From IMG/VR virus record IMGVR_UViG_3300025018_000511, positions 1 to 24,897 of that record: a stretch of DNA of 24,897 nt. One strand, 5' to 3'. The notes beneath the pieces were generated by a model, which had not been told where the DNA came from, searched no databases, and was given only the letters and a program-made list of their open reading frames with translations. A program made the translations under genes and the position numbers. Source of the DNA: a virus (taxonomy: Duplodnaviria; Caudoviricetes). Shown here piece by piece: positions 17,401-24,885 of this stretch. Position 1 is the first letter of the stretch; every line of letters starts with the position of its first letter.

Positions 17401-19070
17401 CACACGCGCCCCCTCAGACCAGCGCCCAAGGGCGAGCGCCACCAGTCGCCGCGGCCAACCCGGTCGTCATCCGGCTCGCTCAGCAGGCGGCCTGCTTCCT
17501 CGCCATAGGGGCGGCCGGCGGCGCGGTAGCCGTATTCGACCCAGCGCATCCGGCTCGCGAAATGCGCCAGCGCCAGCGCAATGGCATAGTCGCCGTGCCG
17601 CTTGCGCCCCTTCTCGCCTTCGCGGGTCGCGGGCACGCGCGGCGTGCCCCGCACGAGCTTGACCACGCGCAGGTCCGCCAGGTGATCGGCATCGGGCGCG
17701 ATCGCGATCATGTCATCCTCGAAGGCGGTCTTGAGGGGCGGCATATGCAGCCGGTACCAGTCCTCGGTGAACTTGATTGCCCAGACGAGGCCAGAGCTGT
17801 CCTCCCCCTCGCGCAACCCGAACTTGCGGCCCATGTCCTCGGCCACGGTCCAGCCCATGCCGGTGGCATCGAATGCCGCGCCCACCAGGCGTTCGCGCAC
17901 CGCCCCCAGCACGTCGCCCACTATCGCTTTCTGCTCGTCGCCCGGCACGCCCCGCATCTCGATCGACAGCGCCTCGCGGCGTTTCAACTGCTGTTCAATG
18001 GACAATAACGATAGGACGGAAAGGTCGGCCACGCGGGCAAAGTCGAATCCGGCCGCGTACTGGGGCGTCATGTCTAGACCCTTCAGCGCGGTATCGAGCT
18101 CCTCCATGAACGGGGCCAGCAGGCTGGCCCGCGTCAGGCGGTCGCGGTGCAGATAGTCGCCGGGCAATTCGAGCCGGAGTACCGGCGCATCCGTCGCCGT
18201 CATGCGCGCCTCGATCAGTGGCGCTGTCAGCCAGGCGCCCGATCCCATGGAGGGGATGCAGAAGAGTTCCTCGTCGGCGCCGTCACCGTAGAAGTCGATG
18301 ATGTCCTGCCGCCACTTCGCCTCGGCCTCCGGCGACCATTCGGTGTTCGTGACGAGGCAGATGCGCTGGTAGAGGCCCGCCATCAGCGCCTCGTCGAAGT
18401 CGATGCGCATGTGGGCGAAGGGCGACCGCTCGGCAAGGATGTCCTGGACGGTCTGGTTGAAGACGTTCTCGGCCCCGTCGTGGGTCGAGCAGACCACGAC
18501 CTGTCCGCCCCACATCAGGAAGGCGAGTGCTGCCTTCAGCAGTTCGGCCAGGCTGTCGACGAAGGCTGCCTCGTCGATGATGACGACGCCCTGCTTGCCG
18601 CGCAGTGACCTGGGCGCGGACGAAAGCGCAATGACTTCGAAGCCTGAAGCGAAGGCGATGCGGAAGGCCTTGATCGACCGGTCGCCCTCGACATCGCCAT
18701 CCGGAAACAGGAACTCCTCGGCCGCAAGTGCCGCGGTCGAGAAGGCGCGGGCCCACATGCCGCAGGCGTCGATGAACTCGCGCGTCATCTCCTGGCTGTA
18801 GGAGATATACATCACGTCCATTCCACGGGCGGCCTTTTCGCGGCCGGCGCGCAGGACCGCATAGGCGGCCAGCCCCCAGGTGAGGCCGATCCGCCGGCTC
18901 TTCTCGACGACCAGGACACGGGTTGCGGTGCTTTCCAGAAGCGAAACCGTCTGGGCCTGATAGGGCAACAGGACCTTAGGCAGCCCGACCTGTTCGATGA
19001 CAGCCGGCATCGCCTCCGTCGCCTCGCGGCGCTGGCGTTCCCATTCGGCGCGGCTGATGGGCGCGGTCAT
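17400..19070 (-). CDS. terL: Terminase large subunit, Mu gp28-like, 556 aa
   Basis: Walker A-like EKSRRIGLT, Walker B VIIDEAAF, nuclease GFDFAR..D and HGD motifs. Confidence 0.95.
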   Translation of the reverse strand: MTAPISRAEWERQRREATEAMPAVIEQVGLPKVLLPYQAQTVSLLESTATRVLVVEKSRRIGLTWGLAAYAVLRAGREKAARGMDVMYISYSQEMTREFIDACGMWARAFSTAALAAEEFLFPDGDVEGDRSIKAFRIAFASGFEVIALSSAPRSLRGKQGVVIIDEAAFVDSLAELLKAALAFLMWGGQVVVCSTHDGAENVFNQTVQDILAERSPFAHMRIDFDEALMAGLYQRICLVTNTEWSPEAEAKWRQDIIDFYGDGADEELFCIPSMGSGAWLTAPLIEARMTATDAPVLRLELPGDYLHRDRLTRASLLAPFMEELDTALKGLDMTPQYAAGFDFARVADLSVLSLLSIEQQLKRREALSIEMRGVPGDEQKAIVGDVLGAVRERLVGAAFDATGMGWTVAEDMGRKFGLREGEDSSGLVWAIKFTEDWYRLHMPPLKTAFEDDMIAIAPDADHLADLRVVKLVRGTPRVPATREGEKGRKRHGDYAIALALAHFASRMRWVEYGYRAAGRPYGEEAGRLLSEPDDDRVGRGDWWRSPLGAGLRGRV

Positions 19071-19345
19071 TTGGTCGCCTCATTTCGGAGATTGATGATC
19101 GTTTCGCGCGCCCGCACGAGGCTGTTGTAGGTGTGAGGTTTGCTCTGGTGGCGAACTGTGGACTCGATACGAAACAATCGATCAAGGCAGCCGCGGAGCG
19201 TGCGACCGTCGACCTTTTCTCCGCTCAGATAGGCCCGAATGACGCTTGCCGCGTTTCTGCATGTGGCTTCGATCCATGGGTCTCTGCGGTCCCAATAGCG
19301 GGCCTGGGCCGCCATATCGTTCGCCACCTCTGCCGGACTCGCCAT
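19067..19345 (-). CDS. Hypothetical protein, 92 aa
   Basis: MASPAEVANDMAAQARYW...; overlapping start/stop on both sides. Confidence 0.75.
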   Translation of the reverse strand: MASPAEVANDMAAQARYWDRRDPWIEATCRNAASVIRAYLSGEKVDGRTLRGCLDRLFRIESTVRHQSKPHTYNSLVRARETIINLRNEATK

Positions 19346-19647
19346 CAGCAGCTCTCCCAATAGCCACCGCGCAGCCAGCCGTGCCAGTGGTCGACGTGGT
19401 TCACGGACGGATCGAAGCCCGGATCGGTTCGCGAACCGTTCCAGCGCCAGCTCGGCCGTTCGCCGCCCGGCTTGAACCCGTCGCCGATCAGTAGGCGCCC
19501 GCGGATGCCGCAACCGCAGGGGCAGAAGTAGATGAACTCGAAGAGGCCCGGCACATCGCGCAGCTCGAGCATGAAGCTCCCGGCGGTCTGGTAATGCTCG
19601 AAGGCTTCGCGCTGGTGCTCGGGATAGTAGATCGCCCGGACACTCAC
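19345..19647 (-). CDS. DUF6527-like protein, 100 aa
   Basis: CPCGCG..WRWNGS..P.F.PSV..WHGWLRGG motif recalled for DUF6527; GTGA overlap with terS stop. Confidence 0.7.
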   Translation of the reverse strand: MSVRAIYYPEHQREAFEHYQTAGSFMLELRDVPGLFEFIYFCPCGCGIRGRLLIGDGFKPGGERPSWRWNGSRTDPGFDPSVNHVDHWHGWLRGGYWESC

Positions 19648-20243
19648 GCCTGCACCCCGAGGATCTGCGACTTGATCGCCTCGGCCGTCTCGACCGTCAG
19701 GCCCTTGACCCGCGCGACCGTCTCGACCGCATCCGTCACCCGCGTCGCGAAATCCGCCTCGACCTTGCGGCGGCGATCGGTCGAGATGCTTTGCGCCTGC
19801 GCTGCCTGGCGGAAGGCACTGGCCAGATGCATTGCGTCCTTGGGCGCCAGTCCGTCATCGGCTTCGGCCAGCAGGTGCAGGACGAGGCTCTTGATCGTCT
19901 CGGCCGTCATGATGGTCAGATCGTCGCTGCCCTTGGCATCGAACTTTTCGGCCAGGCTCGCCACGATGGTTCGGGTCTGGTCGAGGCGGCGGGTCAGCTT
20001 GGCCAGACGCACCGAATAGCGGTTGAAGGCGGAGAAGGAGGGGATCGTGAAATCGATCTCACCCCGGTGCTCTGCCATGAGCTCGTCACACCTGGTGACG
20101 AACTCGCCGTAGATGTCGGTCTGCGTCCTGTCGTTGTTGCCCAGTTCCTGTGCCGCCCAGGCGATGATGGCGTCGGCTTCAGGCGGCAGCAGATCGATCG
20201 AGGACAGACGGCCCCGGCCCCGCACCTTTGACGCGGCGCTCAT
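19644..20243 (-). CDS. Terminase small subunit, Mu gp27-like (DUF3486), 199 aa
   Basis: GRGRLSSIDLLP..S.SAFNRYS..GLT.ET.E.IK.QILG motif; synteny. Confidence 0.85.
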   Translation of the reverse strand: MSAASKVRGRGRLSSIDLLPPEADAIIAWAAQELGNNDRTQTDIYGEFVTRCDELMAEHRGEIDFTIPSFSAFNRYSVRLAKLTRRLDQTRTIVASLAEKFDAKGSDDLTIMTAETIKSLVLHLLAEADDGLAPKDAMHLASAFRQAAQAQSISTDRRRKVEADFATRVTDAVETVARVKGLTVETAEAIKSQILGVQA

Positions 20244-20244
20244 G

Positions 20245-20544
20245 TCATTCCCCCGGGCGTGACGGGCGCTGGATGCCCTCGATGGCGACTTCACGCACCA
20301 AGTGACGGGCCCCGAGGGCGGTCAGCGTGGCGACCCGGACGGTGCCCACATCCCGCAGGGAGACAGCGCCCATGTCCTTCAGCCAGGCCAGTTCGCCATT
20401 CACCCAGGCGCGGTCCTTGCGGATGCCGAAGGGATGCAGCTCATGGACCAAGAGATCGCTGTTCAGCGTCTCGTCGACCTGACCGGCCAGCGCCTTGAGA
20501 ATGATCAGGCGGGCCTGTTGCCGGATGATGGTGTCCATGTCCAT
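20245..20544 (-). CDS. Mu gp26-like winged-helix protein, 99 aa
   Basis: RLIILKAL..LNSDLL..ELAWL.D.GAV..ATLT..G..IEGIQRP motif. Confidence 0.82.
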   Translation of the reverse strand: MDMDTIIRQQARLIILKALAGQVDETLNSDLLVHELHPFGIRKDRAWVNGELAWLKDMGAVSLRDVGTVRVATLTALGARHLVREVAIEGIQRPSRPGE

Positions 20545-20545
20545 G

Positions 20546-20926
20546 TCAGCGCTGCCTCGACTGTTCGATCATCACTTCCTGCATCCGCTCGGCGATCGCC
20601 GCGACCGGCTTCAGCTTCTCGTCGAGCTTGTCGATATTGCCCGACATCCGCGTGAGGCTCAGTTCGAGCCGGTGCATCATCTCGAGGTTGGGCATCTGCG
20701 CGAGATTGGTCTCGGCACGGTCCATCCGCCGCTCGAGCTGGTCGGCGCGGTGACTGTGTTCCTTGGTCACCTCGTCGACCTTGCCCTGCAGTTCGGCGAG
20801 CTTGTTCTCGTTCTTGCGCGCGCCGGAGGTCAGCAATGCCCAGATCGACGTGCCAAACGACAGAAGGCTCGCCAAGGCCGCGACCCAGACGACCATCGGC
20901 CCGATATCGAGTTCCGCGCCAGTCAC
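20546..20926 (-). CDS. DUF2730-like membrane-anchored coiled-coil protein (Mu gp25-like), 126 aa
   Basis: N-terminal hydrophobic helix, coiled coil, LAQMP..H.LEL.L motif; upstream of gp26. Confidence 0.75.
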   Translation of the reverse strand: MTGAELDIGPMVVWVAALASLLSFGTSIWALLTSGARKNENKLAELQGKVDEVTKEHSHRADQLERRMDRAETNLAQMPNLEMMHRLELSLTRMSGNIDKLDEKLKPVAAIAERMQEVMIEQSRQR

Positions 20927-21312
20927 TTCGCGACCGCCGCGTTGGGGACGGGAAGGTCGGGTGTGCTGACCTTGGGCCGCGTTGCCAGTTCCGCCTCGGC
21001 CCGGCGCGTCAGCCCTTCACGCGACGCCCCGAGACGCTTGACCGTGTCGGGCATGGTCGCGATCAGATAGTCCGCTGCCGCCTGTGGCACGGCCACCGGG
21101 TTGACGTCGGTCGCAGCCTTCGACAGGGCGCGCTGCATCGCCTTCGCCAGTTCTTCGCGCAGGATGCGCTCGGCTTCGGTGCCATACTTCTCACGCACCG
21201 CCGCCATGGCGCGGGTCGCGTAGAAGCCGATCAGCGTGAAGACGGCAGAGACGAACAGCGTCAAGAACTCTGTGATGCGCGGCTCGAGGGCCGTCAGGAA
21301 GGTGTCGTTCAT
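20923..21312 (-). CDS. Putative holin, 129 aa
   Basis: Single N-terminal transmembrane segment followed by basic residues; in lysis cassette; GAGG RBS. Confidence 0.6.
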   Translation of the reverse strand: MNDTFLTALEPRITEFLTLFVSAVFTLIGFYATRAMAAVREKYGTEAERILREELAKAMQRALSKAATDVNPVAVPQAAADYLIATMPDTVKRLGASREGLTRRAEAELATRPKVSTPDLPVPNAAVAK

Positions 21313-21326
21313 CGGTGGACCTCTTG

Positions 21327-21530
21327 TCAGGAAAGCGCCGCACGGACGGCGGCATCTTTGGCTTCGAGCAGCTTGCGCAGGGCGACACTGCGTTCAGGGT
21401 TGCGCGGGAGCGTCAGGCAGATCGTCTTCGCCAGCTCAGCGAAGGGCCGGGACGCCTCCTGCAGATGGTCAGGCAGGTGGGCGAAGGCGAAGAACCGCAG
21501 GATCGGTTCGTTGTCAGGGCTGTCGGTCAT
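21327..21530 (-). CDS. Small helical protein, 67 aa, resembling Acb2/Tad1-type hairpin
   Basis: MTDSPDNEPILRFFAFAHLP..LPRNPERSVALRKLLEAKDAAVRAALS; GAGGA RBS. Gene is well supported; family call is tentative. Confidence 0.7.
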   Translation of the reverse strand: MTDSPDNEPILRFFAFAHLPDHLQEASRPFAELAKTICLTLPRNPERSVALRKLLEAKDAAVRAALS

Positions 21531-21538
21531 TGAGTTCC

Positions 21539-22177
21539 TCAAGCGGCCTCGTTGAGCCAGGCGGGGACGTTGAAGCCCGGGCAGGCCTTGTTGGCCCATT
21601 CGTTGTGGCCCGATACGCGGGTGATCGGGGTGCGGAGCGAGATGTCAGCGATCAGGCGACGCAGCGCCGCATCCTGTGCGTGTGTGAAGTGACGATCGAA
21701 CCGGTCCGTCTTGGCCGACCCGTGACCGCCAAGAAGACAGATGTGGATGACGCCCCGGTTATGGCCTTCGACGCCGGCACCGATGACGGTCTCGGCGCGG
21801 CCGGGAAGAACGCTTCCGTCGCGATCGATCAGCCAGTGGTAGCCGACGTCGCGCCAGCCATTGTCGTCGACATGCCAGCTGCGGATTTCGGCGACGCGGT
21901 CCCGGAAGGTGTTGCTCGCCATCCATGTGGGACGGGTCGCGCTGCAATGCGTGACGATCTCGTCGATCAGATAGCGGGCAGAGCCCTGATACATGCGCGG
22001 ATGACCGGGCGTGATCGAGGGGCGGGGCGCAGTGGCGACCGGCTTGGGACGGCCGTCATTGGCGATGACCTCAAGGAGCGCGCTTTCAGTTCGCGGTCCC
22101 CACCTGTCGTCCGCACCGGCAGGGCCGATGTCATAGCCAAGGCCTCGCGTGCCTTGCTGGATCAGTCTCAGGCTCAT
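21539..22177 (-). CDS. Endolysin: N-acetylmuramoyl-L-alanine amidase (Amidase_2) with N-terminal peptidoglycan-binding segment, 212 aa
   Basis: IVTHCSAT, GW.DVGYH, GHNE..KACPGF zinc-amidase motifs; GY..G.AD..WGPRT binding motif. Confidence 0.94.
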   Translation of the reverse strand: MSLRLIQQGTRGLGYDIGPAGADDRWGPRTESALLEVIANDGRPKPVATAPRPSITPGHPRMYQGSARYLIDEIVTHCSATRPTWMASNTFRDRVAEIRSWHVDDNGWRDVGYHWLIDRDGSVLPGRAETVIGAGVEGHNRGVIHICLLGGHGSAKTDRFDRHFTHAQDAALRRLIADISLRTPITRVSGHNEWANKACPGFNVPAWLNEAA

Positions 22178-22220
22178 GATGTCCCCTCATGCCGGGCGCG
22201 GGACGCGCGCGCGATCGCAT

Positions 22221-22276
22221 TGGGGGCAAGGTGGACTGCCGGGGGCGGTCAAAACACCCGCAAGGGCTTGTGGTGG
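22221..22276 (-). promoter_or_regulatory. Putative late promoter for lysis/packaging operon (Mu Plys equivalent)
   Basis: Dyad CCGCAA-GGGC-TTGTGG at 22258-22273; -10-like CACCTT at 22233-22228. Confidence 0.72.
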
Positions 22277-22293
22277 GGCAGGGGCAGTGGCTG

Positions 22294-22686
22294 TCAGAAG
22301 AGCCGCATCTGGCGCGGATCGGCGACGGGGACGCTCTCGGTCTTCTTCAGCCAGGCACGGACTGACACGTCGCTGACATGCAGTCTGCGGGCAATCTCGG
22401 CCACGGACAAGCCTCTCGATTTGAAGACCTGCGCAATCCATGGCTTTGCCGTCGGAACGCGACGCGGCAGGTGTTCCGCGGCGTGGGCCAGTTCCGCCGC
22501 CTTCTCGACGCCCACGAGCTGCGCGAGGCGCGAACGTCCCTTGGGCGATGTGGCGAGGTAGAGTTCCGCCCCGCCGAAGGCGAGCAGAAACTCAACTGCG
22601 CCATCGACGCCCAGGACATCGACATAGGGGGCGACATGTGCGGGCGGTTTCGGGAACCGCTTCTTGCGCTCGTCGTCGTCCGTCAT
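22294..22686 (-). CDS. Mor/C-family late transcription activator, 130 aa
   Basis: LG.DGA..FL.AFGG.ELY dimerisation motif and C-terminal HTH GLSVAEIARRLHVSDVSVRAWL; directly before lysis genes like Mu C. Confidence 0.85.
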   Translation of the reverse strand: MTDDDERKKRFPKPPAHVAPYVDVLGVDGAVEFLLAFGGAELYLATSPKGRSRLAQLVGVEKAAELAHAAEHLPRRVPTAKPWIAQVFKSRGLSVAEIARRLHVSDVSVRAWLKKTESVPVADPRQMRLF

Positions 22687-22716
22687 GCGGCCCCCCTTGC
22701 GAGGGGCCGCAGATCG

Positions 22717-22914
22717 TCAGTCGCGGGGCTGGTAGTTCTGCAGCTTCTCGACCGCAGGTTCGAGCCGGTCGTTGAGGATGCCGACGAGGATGGCAAACCC
22801 TTCGCCGAGTTCATAGACACCATGCCGGTCGCAAAGCAGCCCCTGCAGTTCGCGGAATGCGGCCGCCGCCTGCAAGGCCGCGTCTCGGGGATCGTCGTTA
22901 CAGCGGTTGCACAT
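22717..22914 (-). CDS. Hypothetical protein, 65 aa
   Basis: MCNRCNDDPRDAALQ...; GAGG RBS; starts 1 nt after upstream stop. Confidence 0.7.
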   Translation of the reverse strand: MCNRCNDDPRDAALQAAAAFRELQGLLCDRHGVYELGEGFAILVGILNDRLEPAVEKLQNYQPRD

Positions 22915-22915
22915 G

Positions 22916-23176
22916 TCAGTGCCTCGCCCGGACGGACTGACCCGCCAAGGGCCATTCCCCGCTTTGCAGCTTGCTGAACCGGTCGCGCAAGACCGCAGAC
23001 ACGTCCTCGATATCCTCTTCGAGATCGTCTGTCGTCTCGCAGACCGTGACCACGGTTTCTGCAAGAAGCGCCAACAGCACATGATACATCACCCCCAGCG
23101 GCTTGCCAACAAACAGGGACTGGACCTGAAACGCAAGCTCGGAGCGCTCTTCCATGTTGATATCTCTGACCATCAT
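22916..23176 (-). CDS. Hypothetical protein, 86 aa
   Basis: Acidic helical ORF packed 3 nt after the ORF6N stop; AAGGTG RBS-like. Confidence 0.7.
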   Translation of the reverse strand: MMVRDINMEERSELAFQVQSLFVGKPLGVMYHVLLALLAETVVTVCETTDDLEEDIEDVSAVLRDRFSKLQSGEWPLAGQSVRARH

Positions 23177-23179
23177 GGC

Positions 23180-23857
23180 TCAGTGCACCTTCTTGGGATC
23201 GAACAGATCGGGCTGCGCCGCAGCCTCTTCGGCATGGGCATCCATCAATGCCGCCTCGTCGCGTCGCCGCGCGAACACATAGGGCGGAACATAGAGGGCC
23301 TGTCGCTGGATGTAGCCGCGTGATCGCATTCCTTCGATCTCGCGGCCCAAACGCGGGGCAGACCATTCGTTGGCCTCCCATAGCTGGCCAAATGTCCAGC
23401 CTGCCTCTGCCGCGATCTTGATCGCGATACGGATCTTCGACCGGTGCATGTAACTGGCCTCGTCCCGCGCAAAGGCTTTCAGGAACCGTTCCTCTCGCGC
23501 GTCCCGCAGAGCGATGAAGGCGTTGATGATCGTGACCGACACCGCATCCGCCACCGGCCCCGTCAGGACCGAGGACAGTTGCAGCGCGCCCTTTTCGGTG
23601 AAGCCGTAGTGCGTCAGATCGGCGCGTTTCCCCTGAGAAGTTGCGCCATTTTGGCGCAACTTCTCCTGATATTCCGCCTCGGTCAGCTGGAAGATGAAGC
23701 CCTCGGGAAAACGGCCCAGATTGCGGCGCACCTGACGCATCAGGTTCTTGGTATTGGTCTCGTAGAATGCCGCCAGATCGTCCGCGATCATGAACGGCGG
23801 ACGGCCCGTCAGGGTGAAGATGCGGGATTGGACCCCCGCGATGGTCGGAAGTGTCAT
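23180..23857 (-). CDS. ORF6N-domain DNA-binding protein (antirepressor-like), 225 aa
   Basis: DLAAFYET.TK.L.RQVRRN..RFP..FIFQLT..E..YGFTEKGALQLSSVL motif; AGGAG RBS at 23868-23864. Confidence 0.9.
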   Translation of the reverse strand: MTLPTIAGVQSRIFTLTGRPPFMIADDLAAFYETNTKNLMRQVRRNLGRFPEGFIFQLTEAEYQEKLRQNGATSQGKRADLTHYGFTEKGALQLSSVLTGPVADAVSVTIINAFIALRDAREERFLKAFARDEASYMHRSKIRIAIKIAAEAGWTFGQLWEANEWSAPRLGREIEGMRSRGYIQRQALYVPPYVFARRRDEAALMDAHAEEAAAQPDLFDPKKVH

Positions 23858-23891
23858 TGTCTGCTCCTGCGGTTACGAAAGCCGAAACGGC

Positions 23892-23974
23892 TCCGGGTGT
23901 AGAAACGACTGCCGCAGGACAGCCTCCATGCGCCTTTGGGCTTTCGCCTTGGACATGCGCACATGGCACCCGGA
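23892..23974 (-). ncRNA. C4/CI-like antisense RNA (P1 C4 / P4 CI type), about 83 nt
   Basis: Closing stem UCCGGGUG/CACCCGGA; inner arm with GGC-GAAA-GCC; second arm loop CCUGCGG and linker GUUUCUA with complementary targets upstream and downstream. Confidence 0.78.
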
Positions 23975-24069
23975 TGATGATCGTCTCTGGTGAGACGCCA
24001 TGTCGGGGCGTAACCGCCTGCGGTCGTCGCGCTCGGGTCAGGGTTTCTAAGCCTTTGCCGAACAACGCC

Positions 24070-24098
24070 ACGATGGGGCGGTTCGCCGGAAATGTCAA
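24070..24098 (-). promoter_or_regulatory. Sigma70-type promoter for the C4-like RNA/ORF6N operon
   Basis: TTGACA (24098-24093), 17 bp, CATCGT (24075-24070). Confidence 0.65.
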
Positions 24099-24162
24099 AT
24101 GGGACTCCACAACCGGACGGTTGCTACCCTCAAGCAAACGAATCGAATGGTGGGGATTTCGC

Positions 24163-24606
24163 TTGGATAACTTTGGAACGCTGCTGTTGAGGGCATTCCT
24201 CAACAAGACCTGTGCCGACGCACTGGACGGCCCGATTGAGTATGCGACGTGGAATGACGTGTTGACGATCTTCTGGGAAGGCGCGGGGCCGATCCGCGCC
24301 GAGGCAATCCGCGCCGAGCGGGTTTGGACGCCCGAGTCCGTTGACGAACTGGATGCATCGCTGGCGGAACTTGCCGAAAGCGGCAGGTTCACCGGCCGGT
24401 TCTCTATCCCGCCAACAGCAGCCGAAGAATTATATCGCCGATGGTCATACGCCATCGTCGCGGCCAAGCTGGAAGAAGAATTCGGGCCACCCCTCATGCT
24501 TCCATTCCCCGCCAATGCGCCAGACGAGGCGAAGGGATTGGGCCTGCTTCTTTATGTGCTTGGCGGACCAGCGCGGGCATACCGATTGGATGCGCTTCCG
24601 CAGTAA
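24163..24606 (+). CDS. Hypothetical moron protein, about 147 aa (alternative ATG start at 24073)
   Basis: Only protein-like frame here; TTG start 6 nt after GGGGA; more AT-rich codons than neighbours; opposite strand to all other genes. Confidence 0.65.
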   Translation: MDNFGTLLLRAFLNKTCADALDGPIEYATWNDVLTIFWEGAGPIRAEAIRAERVWTPESVDELDASLAELAESGRFTGRFSIPPTAAEELYRRWSYAIVAAKLEEEFGPPLMLPFPANAPDEAKGLGLLLYVLGGPARAYRLDALPQ

Positions 24607-24615
24607 CGACTGACA

Positions 24616-24885
24616 TCAGCCGTCCTCCCTCATCCGAGCGATCTTGACCTTGGCCGTCTTGAGCCGGACCACGGTCACGACAACGCCGTCAGCCATGCGG
24701 AACTCGTAGCCTTCAAGGATGACGCCACACGCCGGGGGCAGGATCGTCTCGGGATCGCCCCGGTTCAGTGCGGCGTCGACGCGCGAGCCGATCTCGCGAC
24801 GGATGCTCTCGATATCGACGCCCCGCACCTTTTCGAGGTAGCGAATGACGGCATGGTCCGAGACCTTGGCGATCGACTTCTTCAT
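24616..24885 (-). CDS. Hypothetical phage protein, 89 aa
   Basis: VSDHAVIRYLE.V.G.DI...VVVTV motif; GC-rich codon usage. Confidence 0.8.
   Translation of the reverse strand: MKKSIAKVSDHAVIRYLEKVRGVDIESIRREIGSRVDAALNRGDPETILPPACGVILEGYEFRMADGVVVTVVRLKTAKVKIARMREDG

Noticed and set aside
86-23902. Many long plus-strand ORFs (e.g. 633-1727, 1729-2877, 2877-4118, 12649-14058, 21236-22561)
   Set aside because: Antisense shadows of recognisable minus-strand genes; no motifs or RBS support
23892-23974. tRNA interpretation of the structured RNA
   Set aside because: No T-loop, D-loop or anticodon arm; loops match flanking target boxes
23851-24072. N-terminal extension of the plus-strand 251-aa ORF
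   Set aside because: Runs antisense through the C4-like RNA and its leader; composition not protein-like
22683-24515. 610-aa minus-strand ORF
   Set aside because: Overlaps ORF6N and other better genes in different frames; Arg/Gly/Ser-rich shadow of GC-rich DNA
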